In this document: piece after piece, positions 9,786 to 19,650 of the stretch
Numbering within the stretch: the first letter of the stretch is position 1
Layout: the number at the start of each line of letters is the position of its first letter
Origin: an uncultured Gemmatimonadales bacterium
GTDB lineage: Bacteria > Gemmatimonadota > Gemmatimonadetes > Gemmatimonadales > GWC2-71-9
DNA length: 64,000 nt
Direction of reading: 5' to 3'
Assembly (NCBI GenBank): GCA_963795085.1
Contig: CAWCFX010000006.1
Location: forward strand, 256,001 to 320,000
Translations under genes and position numbers: made by a program
Notes under the pieces: generated by a model
Told to the model about the DNA's origin: nothing
Databases searched by the model: none
What the model saw: only the letters and a program-made list of their open reading frames with translations

Positions 9786-12349
9786 ACCGGCGCCGGCTCC
9801 TCCCCCTGGCAGTCGCGGCCCTGCTGGCCGCGGCGGCGGGAAGCGTGCAGGCGCAGGCAGGCGGCGAGCCCATCCTGGTGGAACTGCAGCTGGGCCGGCT
9901 GGCCGGACGCACGGTGGGGGCCCTCCGTTCGGACAGCACGATGCTCCTCCCCCTGGGCCAGTTCTACGACCTGGCCGAAGTCCGCCATTCCCTCCTGGGA
10001 GCCGAGGCGGTGGAAGCACGGCTCCACCCGGGCGACGTCCGTCTGGTGGTGGACAGCCGGCGCGACACCATCACCATTGGACGGCGGGAGGTGCCGGTGC
10101 CGGCGGGCAGCATCCAGGCCAGAGGCGGCGAGGTATTCCTCAGCACGGGCGTCCTGAGCCAGTTGCTGGGTATCCGCTTTATCATCGACTGGTCCGACCT
10201 CAATGTGGCGGTCGCGGATCCGGACCGGCTCCCGCTGGGCCGGCGAGTGGCCCGGGAAGCGGCGCGGTCCTCGCTTTCCGCCATGGAGAGCGGCGTCCGT
10301 CCCGAACTCGCGCTCACCCTCGATCGCCGCCATTGGAACGGCCTGGTCTTCGACTATTCCGTTCTTTCCCCGGCCGAAGACGCGATCAGCGGAGGTTCGT
10401 TCGCCACCGCCCTGGGCATGGACCTGCTGGGAGGGAGCCTGGAGACCGGCCTGGCCACGACCGGCACCATCGGCGAGGGCGATGTCCGCGCCGACATTTC
10501 CTGGACGGGCGTCTGGCGGCAGCGGTCATGGATCCGGCAGCTCCGGGTGGGCGACGGGCTCGCCACCGGGCCGCGACCCCGGAGCGTGCGGGGCTTTGCA
10601 CTCTCCAACGCGCCATTCCTCCGCCCCGCCCTGCTGGGCGAGCTGCCCTACGCGGGCCAGCTGGGGCCGGGCTGGGAAATTGAAGCCTATCGGGGCGGGC
10701 GGCTGGTGGCCTTCGACTCGGTCAACGCGCTGGGCCAGTTCTCCATGGACGTGCCGGTTCAGTATGGTGAAAACCCGGTGGATTTCATTGCCTACGGCCC
10801 CTTCGGCGAGGTCCGCGAGTTCAACCAGACATATCGGATCGTCGGCAACGTGCTCCCCCGCCGCCAATTCGAATACGGCGTGGCGGCGGGCCAGTGCCGC
10901 ACCGCCGATTGCCAGGCCAACGCCAACGTCGACCTGCGCTACGGGATTTCCCGCCGGTGGACGATCCAGGCTGGCGTGGACCAGTTCTGGCGCGACAGCC
11001 AGCCCGATCTCTTTCATCCCTACTTCGCCCTGTCAGGAAACCTGGGCAACGCCTGGGCGGCGCAGGTGGAAGGCGTCGGCGGGGCGGTGCTGCGCACCGG
11101 CCTCAGCTACGAACCTTCGACCGATATTCACCTGGCAGCCGAGTTTACCGGCTATGACGCCAGCACGGTGGACCCGATCCTGACGCCGGCCGGGCGGCTG
11201 CGGCAGTGGACCGCGGGCGCCTTTCTGCGGCCTCTCCCCCGGGTCAACTACCTCTACGTGGACGGCAGCTTCGACCACGTCGTCTCGGAGTCGGGCACTT
11301 CGAGCGGAGCCCGGACGGTCGTCTCGTTCCAGGCCCGCGAGATCCGGTTCCTGCCGTCGATTCGAGTCCAGCACGAAATCATGCGCGGGGCCGGCACTCG
11401 CACCCGCTCGTTCGTCGGCCTCAACACGTTCATTCTGCCCCGCGCCAACCTGGGAGATTTCCTGAGCACGGTTACGGCCCGGACCGCGTTCGAGGCTGAA
11501 GGCTCGGGTCGCGCCGTCTCCGCGTCTGCCTTCCTGGCCCGGCCGGTGGGTGAAAACTTCCGGATGGAAACCGGGCTGGCCTGGAACCGGGGGTTGGGCA
11601 CCACGTTCTCGCTGGTGGTCTCGACCACCATGCGAAAGGTGCGGGCCTTCTCCACTCTCTCCAGCGGCCCGGCGGGTACCGACGCCGTCAATTTCGTCCA
11701 GGGCTCGGTCCTCTACACGCCCAGCCGGCGGGAGATGGCGCTGTCCGCCGGGCCCTCGGTCCAGCGTGCGGGCGTCGCCGGCCGGGTGTTCCTGGACGCC
11801 GACGGCGATGGTCAGCGGGACCCCGGCGAAGAGCTGATTCCCGACGCCCGGGTGCGGATCGGCAATCTCTCCTCACTCAGCGACTCGCTGGGCCAGTACC
11901 GGGTCTGGGATCTCATCCCCTTCGAGCCGGTGCTGGTCGTGCTGGACTCGGTTTCGCTGCCCTCGCCACTCTGGGTACCGGCCTACAGCGCCATCAGCGT
12001 GGAACCGGGCCCCAACCAGTTCCGCGCGCTCGACATTCCCGTGGTTCCCGCCGGGGTCATCGAGGGCCGGGTCGCCCGCCAGACAACCGACGGCCTGCTC
12101 GGCGTCGGTGGCGTCACGTTGTTCATCACCGACACCAGGACCGGACAGCGCCGTTCCACCGTCACCTTCAGCGATGGCGAGTTCTACCTCATGGGTGTCA
12201 AGCCGGGCCGGTACGATATTGCCGTCGCCGAGGCGGTCACCCGCCGGCTCCGGGTATCCGCGCAGCCGGTTTCGTTTACCATGATGCCGTCCCGCGACGG
12301 GCTGACCGTTGGCAACCTGGATGTCCTGCTGGTTCCCGAATTGCCATAG
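9782..12349 (+). CDS. Fimbrial usher-like outer-membrane protein
   Basis: 855 aa with a signal peptide and amphipathic beta strands. Plug-like region (GWEIEAY..G...GQFSMDVPVQYGEN) and two C-terminal beta-sandwich domains. ATGA overlap with the chaperone gene. Confidence 0.75.
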   Translation: MNRRRLLPLAVAALLAAAAGSVQAQAGGEPILVELQLGRLAGRTVGALRSDSTMLLPLGQFYDLAEVRHSLLGAEAVEARLHPGDVRLVVDSRRDTITIGRREVPVPAGSIQARGGEVFLSTGVLSQLLGIRFIIDWSDLNVAVADPDRLPLGRRVAREAARSSLSAMESGVRPELALTLDRRHWNGLVFDYSVLSPAEDAISGGSFATALGMDLLGGSLETGLATTGTIGEGDVRADISWTGVWRQRSWIRQLRVGDGLATGPRPRSVRGFALSNAPFLRPALLGELPYAGQLGPGWEIEAYRGGRLVAFDSVNALGQFSMDVPVQYGENPVDFIAYGPFGEVREFNQTYRIVGNVLPRRQFEYGVAAGQCRTADCQANANVDLRYGISRRWTIQAGVDQFWRDSQPDLFHPYFALSGNLGNAWAAQVEGVGGAVLRTGLSYEPSTDIHLAAEFTGYDASTVDPILTPAGRLRQWTAGAFLRPLPRVNYLYVDGSFDHVVSESGTSSGARTVVSFQAREIRFLPSIRVQHEIMRGAGTRTRSFVGLNTFILPRANLGDFLSTVTARTAFEAEGSGRAVSASAFLARPVGENFRMETGLAWNRGLGTTFSLVVSTTMRKVRAFSTLSSGPAGTDAVNFVQGSVLYTPSRREMALSAGPSVQRAGVAGRVFLDADGDGQRDPGEELIPDARVRIGNLSSLSDSLGQYRVWDLIPFEPVLVVLDSVSLPSPLWVPAYSAISVEPGPNQFRALDIPVVPAGVIEGRVARQTTDGLLGVGGVTLFITDTRTGQRRSTVTFSDGEFYLMGVKPGRYDIAVAEAVTRRLRVSAQPVSFTMMPSRDGLTVGNLDVLLVPELP

Positions 12350-12498
12350 TCCCCGTCACCAGCGCATGAAGATAAGTGTGCCCCGCGAAGCCCCCTTGTA
12401 CCGGGCCTGGCTCTTTCGGCATATTCACCCTGTCCTCCCCCTGTTGATCTCCCGGGGGAACGGGCCGCCACCGTCAACCGGCCGCGTGGGGTTCACAA

Positions 12499-13875
12499 AT
12501 GCCTGACCATCCCGCCAGGATGCCCAGCAGTTTTCCCGGTCCGCTGCTGGCTGCCATCGCGGCCCTGTCCTGTGTGCCCGCCCCGCCGCCATCCCACCCG
12601 CCGCCAGGCGCCGACCTTCACGCTCTGGTGGCGGCCGTCTCGGCTGGCCGCCTCGAGAGCGACCTCCGGCGCCTGGTTGCATTCGGCACCCGGCACACCC
12701 TGTCGGACACGCTTTCGCCACATCGGGGGATTGGCGCCGCCCGCCGCTGGGTCAAGGCCCAGTTCGACAGCATCTCCGGATCCTGTGGCGGCTGTCTTTC
12801 GGTGCGCTACCAGGAGCGGCTGGTCCCGGGTGAACCGGGGACCCGGATCCCGGGGAACGTGATGATCGTCAATGTCCTGGCGACACTGCGGGGCGCCGAC
12901 CATCCGGAGCGGCACATTCTGATGACCGCGCATCTCGACAGCCGGGCCAGTGACCCGATGGACAGCACCAGCGATGCCCCCGGTGCCGCCGACGATGGCA
13001 GCGGCGTGGTGGCGGTCCTGGAGGCGGCGCGGCTGCTGGCTCGCCCCGGCGGATGGGGAAAATCGCTGGTCTTCGGAGTGCTGTCCGGCGAGGAACAAGG
13101 CTTGTATGGCGGCACCCAACTCGCCGCGATGGCCGCCGATTCCGGTTGGATCATCGAGGGAGTGCTCAACAACGACATCATCGGCCACCGGGCCGGTATG
13201 GCCGGGGAAGCGAACGACCGCGAGTTCCGGGTCTTTTCCGAGCCGGTCCCGGCCAATGAGCCCGATTCCCTGCGGTGGGTACGCCGGTTTACCGGGGGCG
13301 AGGTCGATGGCAACTCCCGGCAGCTGGCGCGATACGTGGAGCGACTAACCCGCCGCTACCTCCCGGAAACCCGCGCGGTGATGATCTACCGGCTTGACCG
13401 ATTCGGCCGGGGGGGCGACCACCGGCCGTTCAACGATCTCGGTTTCCCGGCGGTCCGCTTGACCGCCATGCACGAGGACTACCACCGGCAGCACCAGGAT
13501 GTGCGCACCGAAAATGGCATCGCCTACGGCGACGTGATCGGCGAAGTGAGCTTCGCCTACATCGCAAGGGTCACCGGGGCCAACGTCGCGACACTGGCCG
13601 CGCTCGCCTCCGCCCCCCCGCCGCCGGCCGAGGTTCGCCTCCAAGGCGCCGTCACGCCGCACACGGTTTTGCGCTGGAGCCGGATCCCGTCGCCCCGGCT
13701 GGTGGGCTATCGCCTCTACTGGCGGGAAACGACCGAGCCCCAATGGCGCTACTCGGTGGACGCGGGGGACGTGGAGACCTTTGCGCTCGAAAACGTCAGC
13801 ATTGACAACTACCTGTTCGGAGTAGCCGCGCGGGGAGCCGACGGGCGCGAAAGCGTAATCATCTTCGCCCGCTAG
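12499..13875 (+). CDS. M28 family metallopeptidase with C-terminal FN3-like domain
   Basis: Zn-ligand motifs AHLDS, GAADDGSG, GEEQGL and GDH. Possible lipobox ALSC. Confidence 0.9.
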   Translation: MPDHPARMPSSFPGPLLAAIAALSCVPAPPPSHPPPGADLHALVAAVSAGRLESDLRRLVAFGTRHTLSDTLSPHRGIGAARRWVKAQFDSISGSCGGCLSVRYQERLVPGEPGTRIPGNVMIVNVLATLRGADHPERHILMTAHLDSRASDPMDSTSDAPGAADDGSGVVAVLEAARLLARPGGWGKSLVFGVLSGEEQGLYGGTQLAAMAADSGWIIEGVLNNDIIGHRAGMAGEANDREFRVFSEPVPANEPDSLRWVRRFTGGEVDGNSRQLARYVERLTRRYLPETRAVMIYRLDRFGRGGDHRPFNDLGFPAVRLTAMHEDYHRQHQDVRTENGIAYGDVIGEVSFAYIARVTGANVATLAALASAPPPPAEVRLQGAVTPHTVLRWSRIPSPRLVGYRLYWRETTEPQWRYSVDAGDVETFALENVSIDNYLFGVAARGADGRESVIIFAR

Positions 13876-13957
13876 ACGCGGAGATGCGGGTGACTCCAGT
13901 CACCGTAAGGCAACGGCGTTTTCAGCAACTTGCGGTACCTCAGCACTGGAGCGACCC

Positions 13958-14272
13958 GTGACGGCCGACGACCTTCCCCCCCTGATCCGGATCCGCCTCC
14001 ACCCCCGGCCGCTCTGGGCCCGGGTGCTCCTGGTCCTCGGCGCCATCCTGTGCTTCGCGGCCGGCATCCTGGGCTGGCTGATCCCGGTGGTGACCGGGAT
14101 TCCTTTCTACCTTGCCGGGATCGTGCTGCTTGGCATGGTCGACCCGGCCGTGGTGCGCTGGGCCAACCGCACCGAGGCGAAGCTGTCGCCCAAGTGGCGG
14201 AAGCGGCTCCGCCGCGGCCTCCGGCGGGTTCCGATCCGGAAGGTCCGCGAGAACATCCAGCCCGGGGCCTGA
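13958..14272 (+). CDS. Small membrane protein (PGPGW/DUF454-like)
   Basis: Hydrophobic hairpin GILGWLIPVVTGIPFYLAG followed by a basic tail. Confidence 0.6.
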   Translation: MTADDLPPLIRIRLHPRPLWARVLLVLGAILCFAAGILGWLIPVVTGIPFYLAGIVLLGMVDPAVVRWANRTEAKLSPKWRKRLRRGLRRVPIRKVRENIQPGA

Positions 14273-14296
14273 GGCGGCGGTGTTTCTCTGTGCAGA

Positions 14297-15481
14297 GTGG
14301 ACCCGGCTGTTCGTCTCCCTGCTCGGAACTGCCGGCTCGCCGGGACCAGCACACTTCTTCCAGAGATCACTATTCTCACCAGGCTGACCTCCGCCATCCT
14401 CCTGATCGCCTCCGCCGGCTGTGAGCACGGAGCGCCATTCCAGTCCCAGCCGGTGACGCCGGGCGAGCCTTTCAGTTTGGCCTTCCCCCGGCGGCTGACC
14501 TGGAACCTGGGCGATGACCGGACACCGTCCTGGCTCCCGGACGGCACTGCCATCGTGTATTCCTCGGAACGGGAGGACCGACCCGACCACGATCGCTGCC
14601 TGGCCCTGCTCCCTCCCGGGGGAGGCACTCTGCGGGGACGTTTCTGCCCCACCGATCCGGTCCAGTCGGACTCGACCAACCTGTTCCAGTCACCCGCGGT
14701 TTCCGCCGGTGGCCGCTGGTTCTATCACCAGGTCGTGTCCTGGATCGGCCAGCAGAAGCTGGGCGAGGCGACCCTCCGGCTGGCGCCCGCGTCCAACCCG
14801 CTCGACGGCGCCTTGGTCGCCCGCCTGCCCTACACCGCATCCAATGGTCGCATCCATTCCAGCATCCGTTCCCCGGCCTGGCTGGACCCGAACACCGTGG
14901 TGTACCTGGGCGAACTGCTGTTCTACCAGGGATCCTCCTTCTTCCCGGATACCTTCGTGACCGGCCTGGATATCGTCCGGCTGGATCTCTCGGCTTCGGC
15001 ACCTTCGCCCATGGTGGTCCCGGGCACCGAGTACGCTTCGTCGGTGGCGGTCAGCGGCGAGGCTGCGACCATTTACTACACGCTGGGCGGTGACTCCCGG
15101 GTGTACCGGCGGCATCTCGTCACGGGAGCGGTGGACACGGTGTATGATTTCGGGGCCGGAACCATCGCCCGGGACGTGACCATTTCGGGCACCCGCCTGG
15201 CGGCGGTTGTGGATGGCAGCGTTCTCTACCAATTTGAGGCGGCCCACCAGGCGTGGGTCCAGCGGGATGAGGGTGGCGATCTCCACCTCGTGGATCTCGC
15301 CACGTCCGCGCACTCCGTGTTCGCTACCGACTCCGTTCTTTTCCGCCACCCGGTCTTCTCGCCCGATGGGCGCCGCCTGGTGGCCGAGGTTTCGCCGTAC
15401 GCGCCGGTCCATGTGGGGCCCGATTCCGAGTTCAACGCCACCAACCACAGGGGAGACCTTTGGCTCTTCGATATGCCGTAG
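14297..15481 (+). CDS. TolB-like beta-propeller lipoprotein 1
   Basis: Lipobox SAGC and PD40-like repeats (TPSWLPDGTAIVYSS, HPVFSPDGRRL). The start codon is uncertain. Confidence 0.75.
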   Translation: MDPAVRLPARNCRLAGTSTLLPEITILTRLTSAILLIASAGCEHGAPFQSQPVTPGEPFSLAFPRRLTWNLGDDRTPSWLPDGTAIVYSSEREDRPDHDRCLALLPPGGGTLRGRFCPTDPVQSDSTNLFQSPAVSAGGRWFYHQVVSWIGQQKLGEATLRLAPASNPLDGALVARLPYTASNGRIHSSIRSPAWLDPNTVVYLGELLFYQGSSFFPDTFVTGLDIVRLDLSASAPSPMVVPGTEYASSVAVSGEAATIYYTLGGDSRVYRRHLVTGAVDTVYDFGAGTIARDVTISGTRLAAVVDGSVLYQFEAAHQAWVQRDEGGDLHLVDLATSAHSVFATDSVLFRHPVFSPDGRRLVAEVSPYAPVHVGPDSEFNATNHRGDLWLFDMP

Positions 15482-16572
15482 CGCTGCTGGCCCTCGCGGG
15501 GTGCGCGCACGAGCAGCCCTTCGCCGGGCGGGACTATCGCGCCGACACGACCCGGACCCGCGGCCCCGACCGCCAACTGACCTACAACCTCGGCACTGAC
15601 CTGACTCCGGCCTGGCGGCCCGGGGGGGAAGCCCTCTGGTACATGTTCGATGATCTGAGCCGGCCGGTTCGGGATCGGTGCCTCGGAGAGTTACCCCCAG
15701 GCGGCGGGAACCTGAGGAACATTCAATGCGCCACCAGTCTGGGTTCCGCGGACTCGGTGGACACCTATTACGAACCGGCTATCGGCCCGAACGGACGATT
15801 CCTCTTTCTCCGGGAGTCCTCCTCTACCGTCCTCGTGAGCCCCAACACGTCCGCACTGATGCTGGCGCCCGACAGCGATCTCAGCCGGGGCGTGCCCGTC
15901 CGGACTTATCCATATACCGCGCCATCGGGCAACATCCACGGCGGGATCGCCTACATCCGCTGGCTGAATGAAGACCGGGCGATTTATCTGGGGCAGAAGG
16001 TCCAATATGTTGCGCCCTGCCGCGGGTGCGAAATCGACACCCTCCGCACGGGCCTGGAAGTCATGCTGCTCGACCTGTCCGGAGGCGTCCCCGCCATCGA
16101 CGTGGTCCCCAACTCATCGGAAACCTCATCGCTCGCGGTGGGACTCGATCCCGACCTCATCTACTTCACCCGAAATGGAGACAGCCGGGTGTACCGCCGC
16201 AGCCTGGCCACCGGCAGTATCGAGATCCTTCACGACTTTGGCCCCGGCTCCATCGCCCGCGACGTCGCGGTTCGTGGGACGACACTGTACGCGGTGGCGG
16301 GCGGCCTGGTGTCCTTTTTTTTCGACTCTACGCTCGGCACCGTGCAGCAGGATCATGCCGGCTGGCTGGAGCGCGTCGAACTCACCAATGGAAGCCAGGC
16401 CCGGATCGCGATCGGGAACCGTTGGTTCCGGCGTCCCACCATCTCTCCTGCGGATGGCAGGGTGGTGGCGGAAGCCTATACTTACGCGATCACCAGTTGT
16501 TCACCCCCGATCGGGTGTATGGACACCACGGTCGCCCGCACGGCCGACCTCTGGCTCATTGAGGCCCCATGA
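15460..16572 (+). CDS. TolB-like beta-propeller lipoprotein 2 (paralog)
   Basis: Lipobox LAGC. Shares LT.NLG.D.TP.W, RCL..LPPGGG.LR, DSRVYRR.L.TG, IARDV and DLWL with the upstream gene. Confidence 0.75.
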   Translation: MALRYAVALLALAGCAHEQPFAGRDYRADTTRTRGPDRQLTYNLGTDLTPAWRPGGEALWYMFDDLSRPVRDRCLGELPPGGGNLRNIQCATSLGSADSVDTYYEPAIGPNGRFLFLRESSSTVLVSPNTSALMLAPDSDLSRGVPVRTYPYTAPSGNIHGGIAYIRWLNEDRAIYLGQKVQYVAPCRGCEIDTLRTGLEVMLLDLSGGVPAIDVVPNSSETSSLAVGLDPDLIYFTRNGDSRVYRRSLATGSIEILHDFGPGSIARDVAVRGTTLYAVAGGLVSFFFDSTLGTVQQDHAGWLERVELTNGSQARIAIGNRWFRRPTISPADGRVVAEAYTYAITSCSPPIGCMDTTVARTADLWLIEAP

Positions 16573-19376
16573 CACCCCAGCACGTTCGCGCGACGCTTGC
16601 CCGATGGGCCCTGGTCCTCTTGCCTCTCGGTCTGTTGCCGTGGTCGCTCGCCGCCCAGACCACGGGAGCCGTGGCGGGCCACGTCCGCGACGCCGCTACC
16701 GGCCAGCCGATTCCGCTTGCGATCGTTGACGTGGACGGGCGGGCGCCCACGGCGACCGCGGATACCTCCGGCGCCTACCGGATCCGCGGGGTACAGGCCG
16801 GCTGGCACCGCCTCAGCGTCCGGTTCATCGGGTATCGGGGGGAGGTCCGGGACAGCGTCCTGGTCCGCACCAGTGCCACTACCATCGTGGACTTCAGGCT
16901 GCAAGCCACGCCCACGCTGCTGGAGCCGCTAGTGATCCGGGCCGTGGACTCCGTCCTCGACCCCTTCGCGACCTCGACCACCCAGCGGATCACCGCCGCC
17001 AACCTCCGCGAGTTGCCGGTCAGTTCCCTGGAGGAAGCCCTGGCCCTCTCGGCCGGCGCCGTCGGCGAGAGTTATCGCGGCGGCCGGCTGGGACAGCAGG
17101 CGTTCATCCTCGACGGACTGGGCGTCAAGAACCAGCTGGACGCTTCCACCGGCCCGCTGGGGCTCCGGCTCCCCCCCGACATCCTGCAGGAGGCGTCGCT
17201 CACCACCAATGCGTTCTCGGCACGCTATGGGCAGGCGCTGTCTGGTCTGATCAACGTGGTGACCAAGGACGGGGGAGAAACGATGCGGGGCCGCGCCGCC
17301 TACGAGAGCGACCGGCCCCTGGGCAATGGCTGGGACCACGGCCTCGACCGGATCCTCCTGCAGGCCGACGGACCCCTCGTCGGCCCAATCGGATTCCTGG
17401 CCGCGTTCGACCTTACCGGCCGGCTGGACGCCGACCCGGTCAACGCCCCGACCTCCGGTCTCGACCTCGATCCCCGGAACGCCAGGCCCTGGCTGCTGCC
17501 CCATAACAGCGGCGAATCCTATGACGTGGCCGGCAAACTGACGATCCCCCTGGGGTCGCGGCAGACGCTGCGATTGCTGGGCCTCCGGTCCATCGAACAG
17601 CGGCTGCTCTACGATCCGGCCTACAAATACGACCAGCAGTTCGCGCCGGGGCGGCGCATCACCGGGACACTGCTGTCCGCCCACCTCCAGAACAACCTCG
17701 CCCTGGGCTCCAGGACGCTCATCGCGGACTTCCGGCTGGGGTATTTCGGTCGGGACTTCATCCGGGGCGCCATCACGGAGGACGCGGACCTCAAGGTGGG
17801 TGGTTTCACCGGGCAGCGGTTCCATTTCATCGGCGAAGACCTGGCCCGGGCCCAGGATACCCTGCAGGCCCAGGGCACCATCGCGGGGTTCATCCCACCC
17901 GAGTTGAGTTCATCGACCCCATGGGGCGTCCCCGCGTTCTTCCTGGGTGCCGCCTCCCGGGGCGACGTGGCCTGGAATCATTTCCGGGAATTGCGTGCCC
18001 AGGCCGACTTTACTTACGGCGCGGGACGCGATCTCGACCTGTATTTCGGGGGCCAGTATGCGAGCCAGCGGGTGGAGACCTTTCAGCGAGTCCTGGGCTA
18101 CCTCCCGGTGGGCGGATCAGTGCCGCCCGCCACAGCTTCCAATTTTTCACCCCACCTCTGGTCAGCGTACATCGAAGCCCAGGCACGGCTCGATGACCTG
18201 GCCTTCACCGCCGGGGTGCGAGGCGAGCATTTCAACGGCGGCTCCGGCCTCACCACCGAACAGGTCGAGGATGGCCGCTTCGGCGCCCGCACCACGCTGA
18301 GCCCCCGGATCGCGGTTTCGACCATCCTGGCGGGCGCCACCCTGGTCGCCAGCTTCGGCAAGTTCAGCCAGCCCCCCGATTTTCAGTACCTGGTGGACGC
18401 CGCGTTTGACGATACGACCCGGACCGGACGATTCCGGCGGGGCAACCCGGACCTCGGATTCGAGCGCGCGACCCAGTTCGAGTTCAGCCTCAGGGTTCGG
18501 CCCACCGGAACCACCTCGCTCAAGCTCGGCGTGTATGGCAAGCGGATTGACGGCATGGTGGCCTCGGTTCCCCTGGGGGTGAATCCCGACTCCACGGTGT
18601 TCGCGCTGACCGATTACGGTTCGGTCCGGGGGCTCGAAGTAACCGCGGAACGAGAGACGCGAGGAGGATGGGGTGCCCGCCTTATCTACACCCTGGCTCG
18701 GGCCACGGCCACCGCGACCGACGCCTACCGGCTCCGGCTGATCAAGATCGACCCGATCAGCGGAGACACCACGTTTCCGGCCCGGGTGGAATTTCCCCTC
18801 GACTACGACCGGCGCCACTCGGTGACCGCCATCCTCACCAGCCGCGTCAACGACCGTGCCGGCCCCCGGATCGCCGGCATTCAGCCGTTTGAAGGACTGG
18901 AGGCCGCGGCCATCGTGCGCTACAACTCCGGTCTTCCCTACAGCCAGACCGATGTCACCGGCGATTCCATCATCGGCCCCCCCAACTCGCGGCGGCTGCC
19001 TTCCACCTCCGGCCTGGACCTGCTGATCCGGAAGCCGATCCGGGCGTTTGGCGTAGGCAGCGGGATCTACCTCGATGTACGGAACCTGCTCAACACCCGG
19101 AACCTGATCGCGGTGCGGCGGGACACCGGCACGCCGGGACAGACCGAATTGGGCATCCAGGCAATGGCCGACACCGCCTACGCAGCGCACCCGGAAGCCA
19201 TCCCGTATGAGAGCCCCCGCTACCGCGCCCACGCCGACCTCGACGGGAACGGCTACGTGGACGGCCCCGATGAGCTGCTGCCCATGTACCTGGCGGCCGC
19301 CCGGGACATTACCCAGCCGTTGTTCGTCTACGGCCAGCCTCGCCTGGTCCGGCTGGGCATTGAGGTGCTGTTCTAG
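16569..19376 (+). CDS. TonB-dependent receptor with N-terminal carboxypeptidase-regulatory-like domain
   Basis: Signal peptide and N-domain GAVAGHVRDAATGQPI. Plug motif FSARYGQALSGLINVVTK, GNPDL, and C-terminal RLGIEVLF. Confidence 0.9.
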   Translation: MTPQHVRATLARWALVLLPLGLLPWSLAAQTTGAVAGHVRDAATGQPIPLAIVDVDGRAPTATADTSGAYRIRGVQAGWHRLSVRFIGYRGEVRDSVLVRTSATTIVDFRLQATPTLLEPLVIRAVDSVLDPFATSTTQRITAANLRELPVSSLEEALALSAGAVGESYRGGRLGQQAFILDGLGVKNQLDASTGPLGLRLPPDILQEASLTTNAFSARYGQALSGLINVVTKDGGETMRGRAAYESDRPLGNGWDHGLDRILLQADGPLVGPIGFLAAFDLTGRLDADPVNAPTSGLDLDPRNARPWLLPHNSGESYDVAGKLTIPLGSRQTLRLLGLRSIEQRLLYDPAYKYDQQFAPGRRITGTLLSAHLQNNLALGSRTLIADFRLGYFGRDFIRGAITEDADLKVGGFTGQRFHFIGEDLARAQDTLQAQGTIAGFIPPELSSSTPWGVPAFFLGAASRGDVAWNHFRELRAQADFTYGAGRDLDLYFGGQYASQRVETFQRVLGYLPVGGSVPPATASNFSPHLWSAYIEAQARLDDLAFTAGVRGEHFNGGSGLTTEQVEDGRFGARTTLSPRIAVSTILAGATLVASFGKFSQPPDFQYLVDAAFDDTTRTGRFRRGNPDLGFERATQFEFSLRVRPTGTTSLKLGVYGKRIDGMVASVPLGVNPDSTVFALTDYGSVRGLEVTAERETRGGWGARLIYTLARATATATDAYRLRLIKIDPISGDTTFPARVEFPLDYDRRHSVTAILTSRVNDRAGPRIAGIQPFEGLEAAAIVRYNSGLPYSQTDVTGDSIIGPPNSRRLPSTSGLDLLIRKPIRAFGVGSGIYLDVRNLLNTRNLIAVRRDTGTPGQTELGIQAMADTAYAAHPEAIPYESPRYRAHADLDGNGYVDGPDELLPMYLAAARDITQPLFVYGQPRLVRLGIEVLF

Positions 19377-19447
19377 CGCTGGTGCCGGAGGCATATGAGC
19401 ATTTAGTTTTGGTGCGCGGGGGGGCCCGGCGGGAAAGCACACAATTC

Positions 19448-19594
19448 ATGTCTCAGGGCACCATCCATTCCCGGGTCCCCCAACCGGAGCCGCACCCGCA
19501 CCCGAATCCCAATCCCGGCGATCCCGGGCCCCCGCCCGCACCGCGGCCCGATCCTGCGCCGATGCCTCCGACCTTCCCTGACCAGCCAGGATGA
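19448..19594 (+). CDS. Possible 48-aa proline-rich peptide
   Basis: ATG at 19448 gives MSQGTIHSRVPQPEPHPHPNPNPGDPGPPPAPRPDPAPMPPTFPDQPG. Confidence 0.35.
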   Translation: MSQGTIHSRVPQPEPHPHPNPNPGDPGPPPAPRPDPAPMPPTFPDQPG

Positions 19595-19650
19595 CCTCAC
19601 CGACACAGCCGCCGTCTCGATCCGGGCGGCGGCTGAAAAGGACACCGAGC

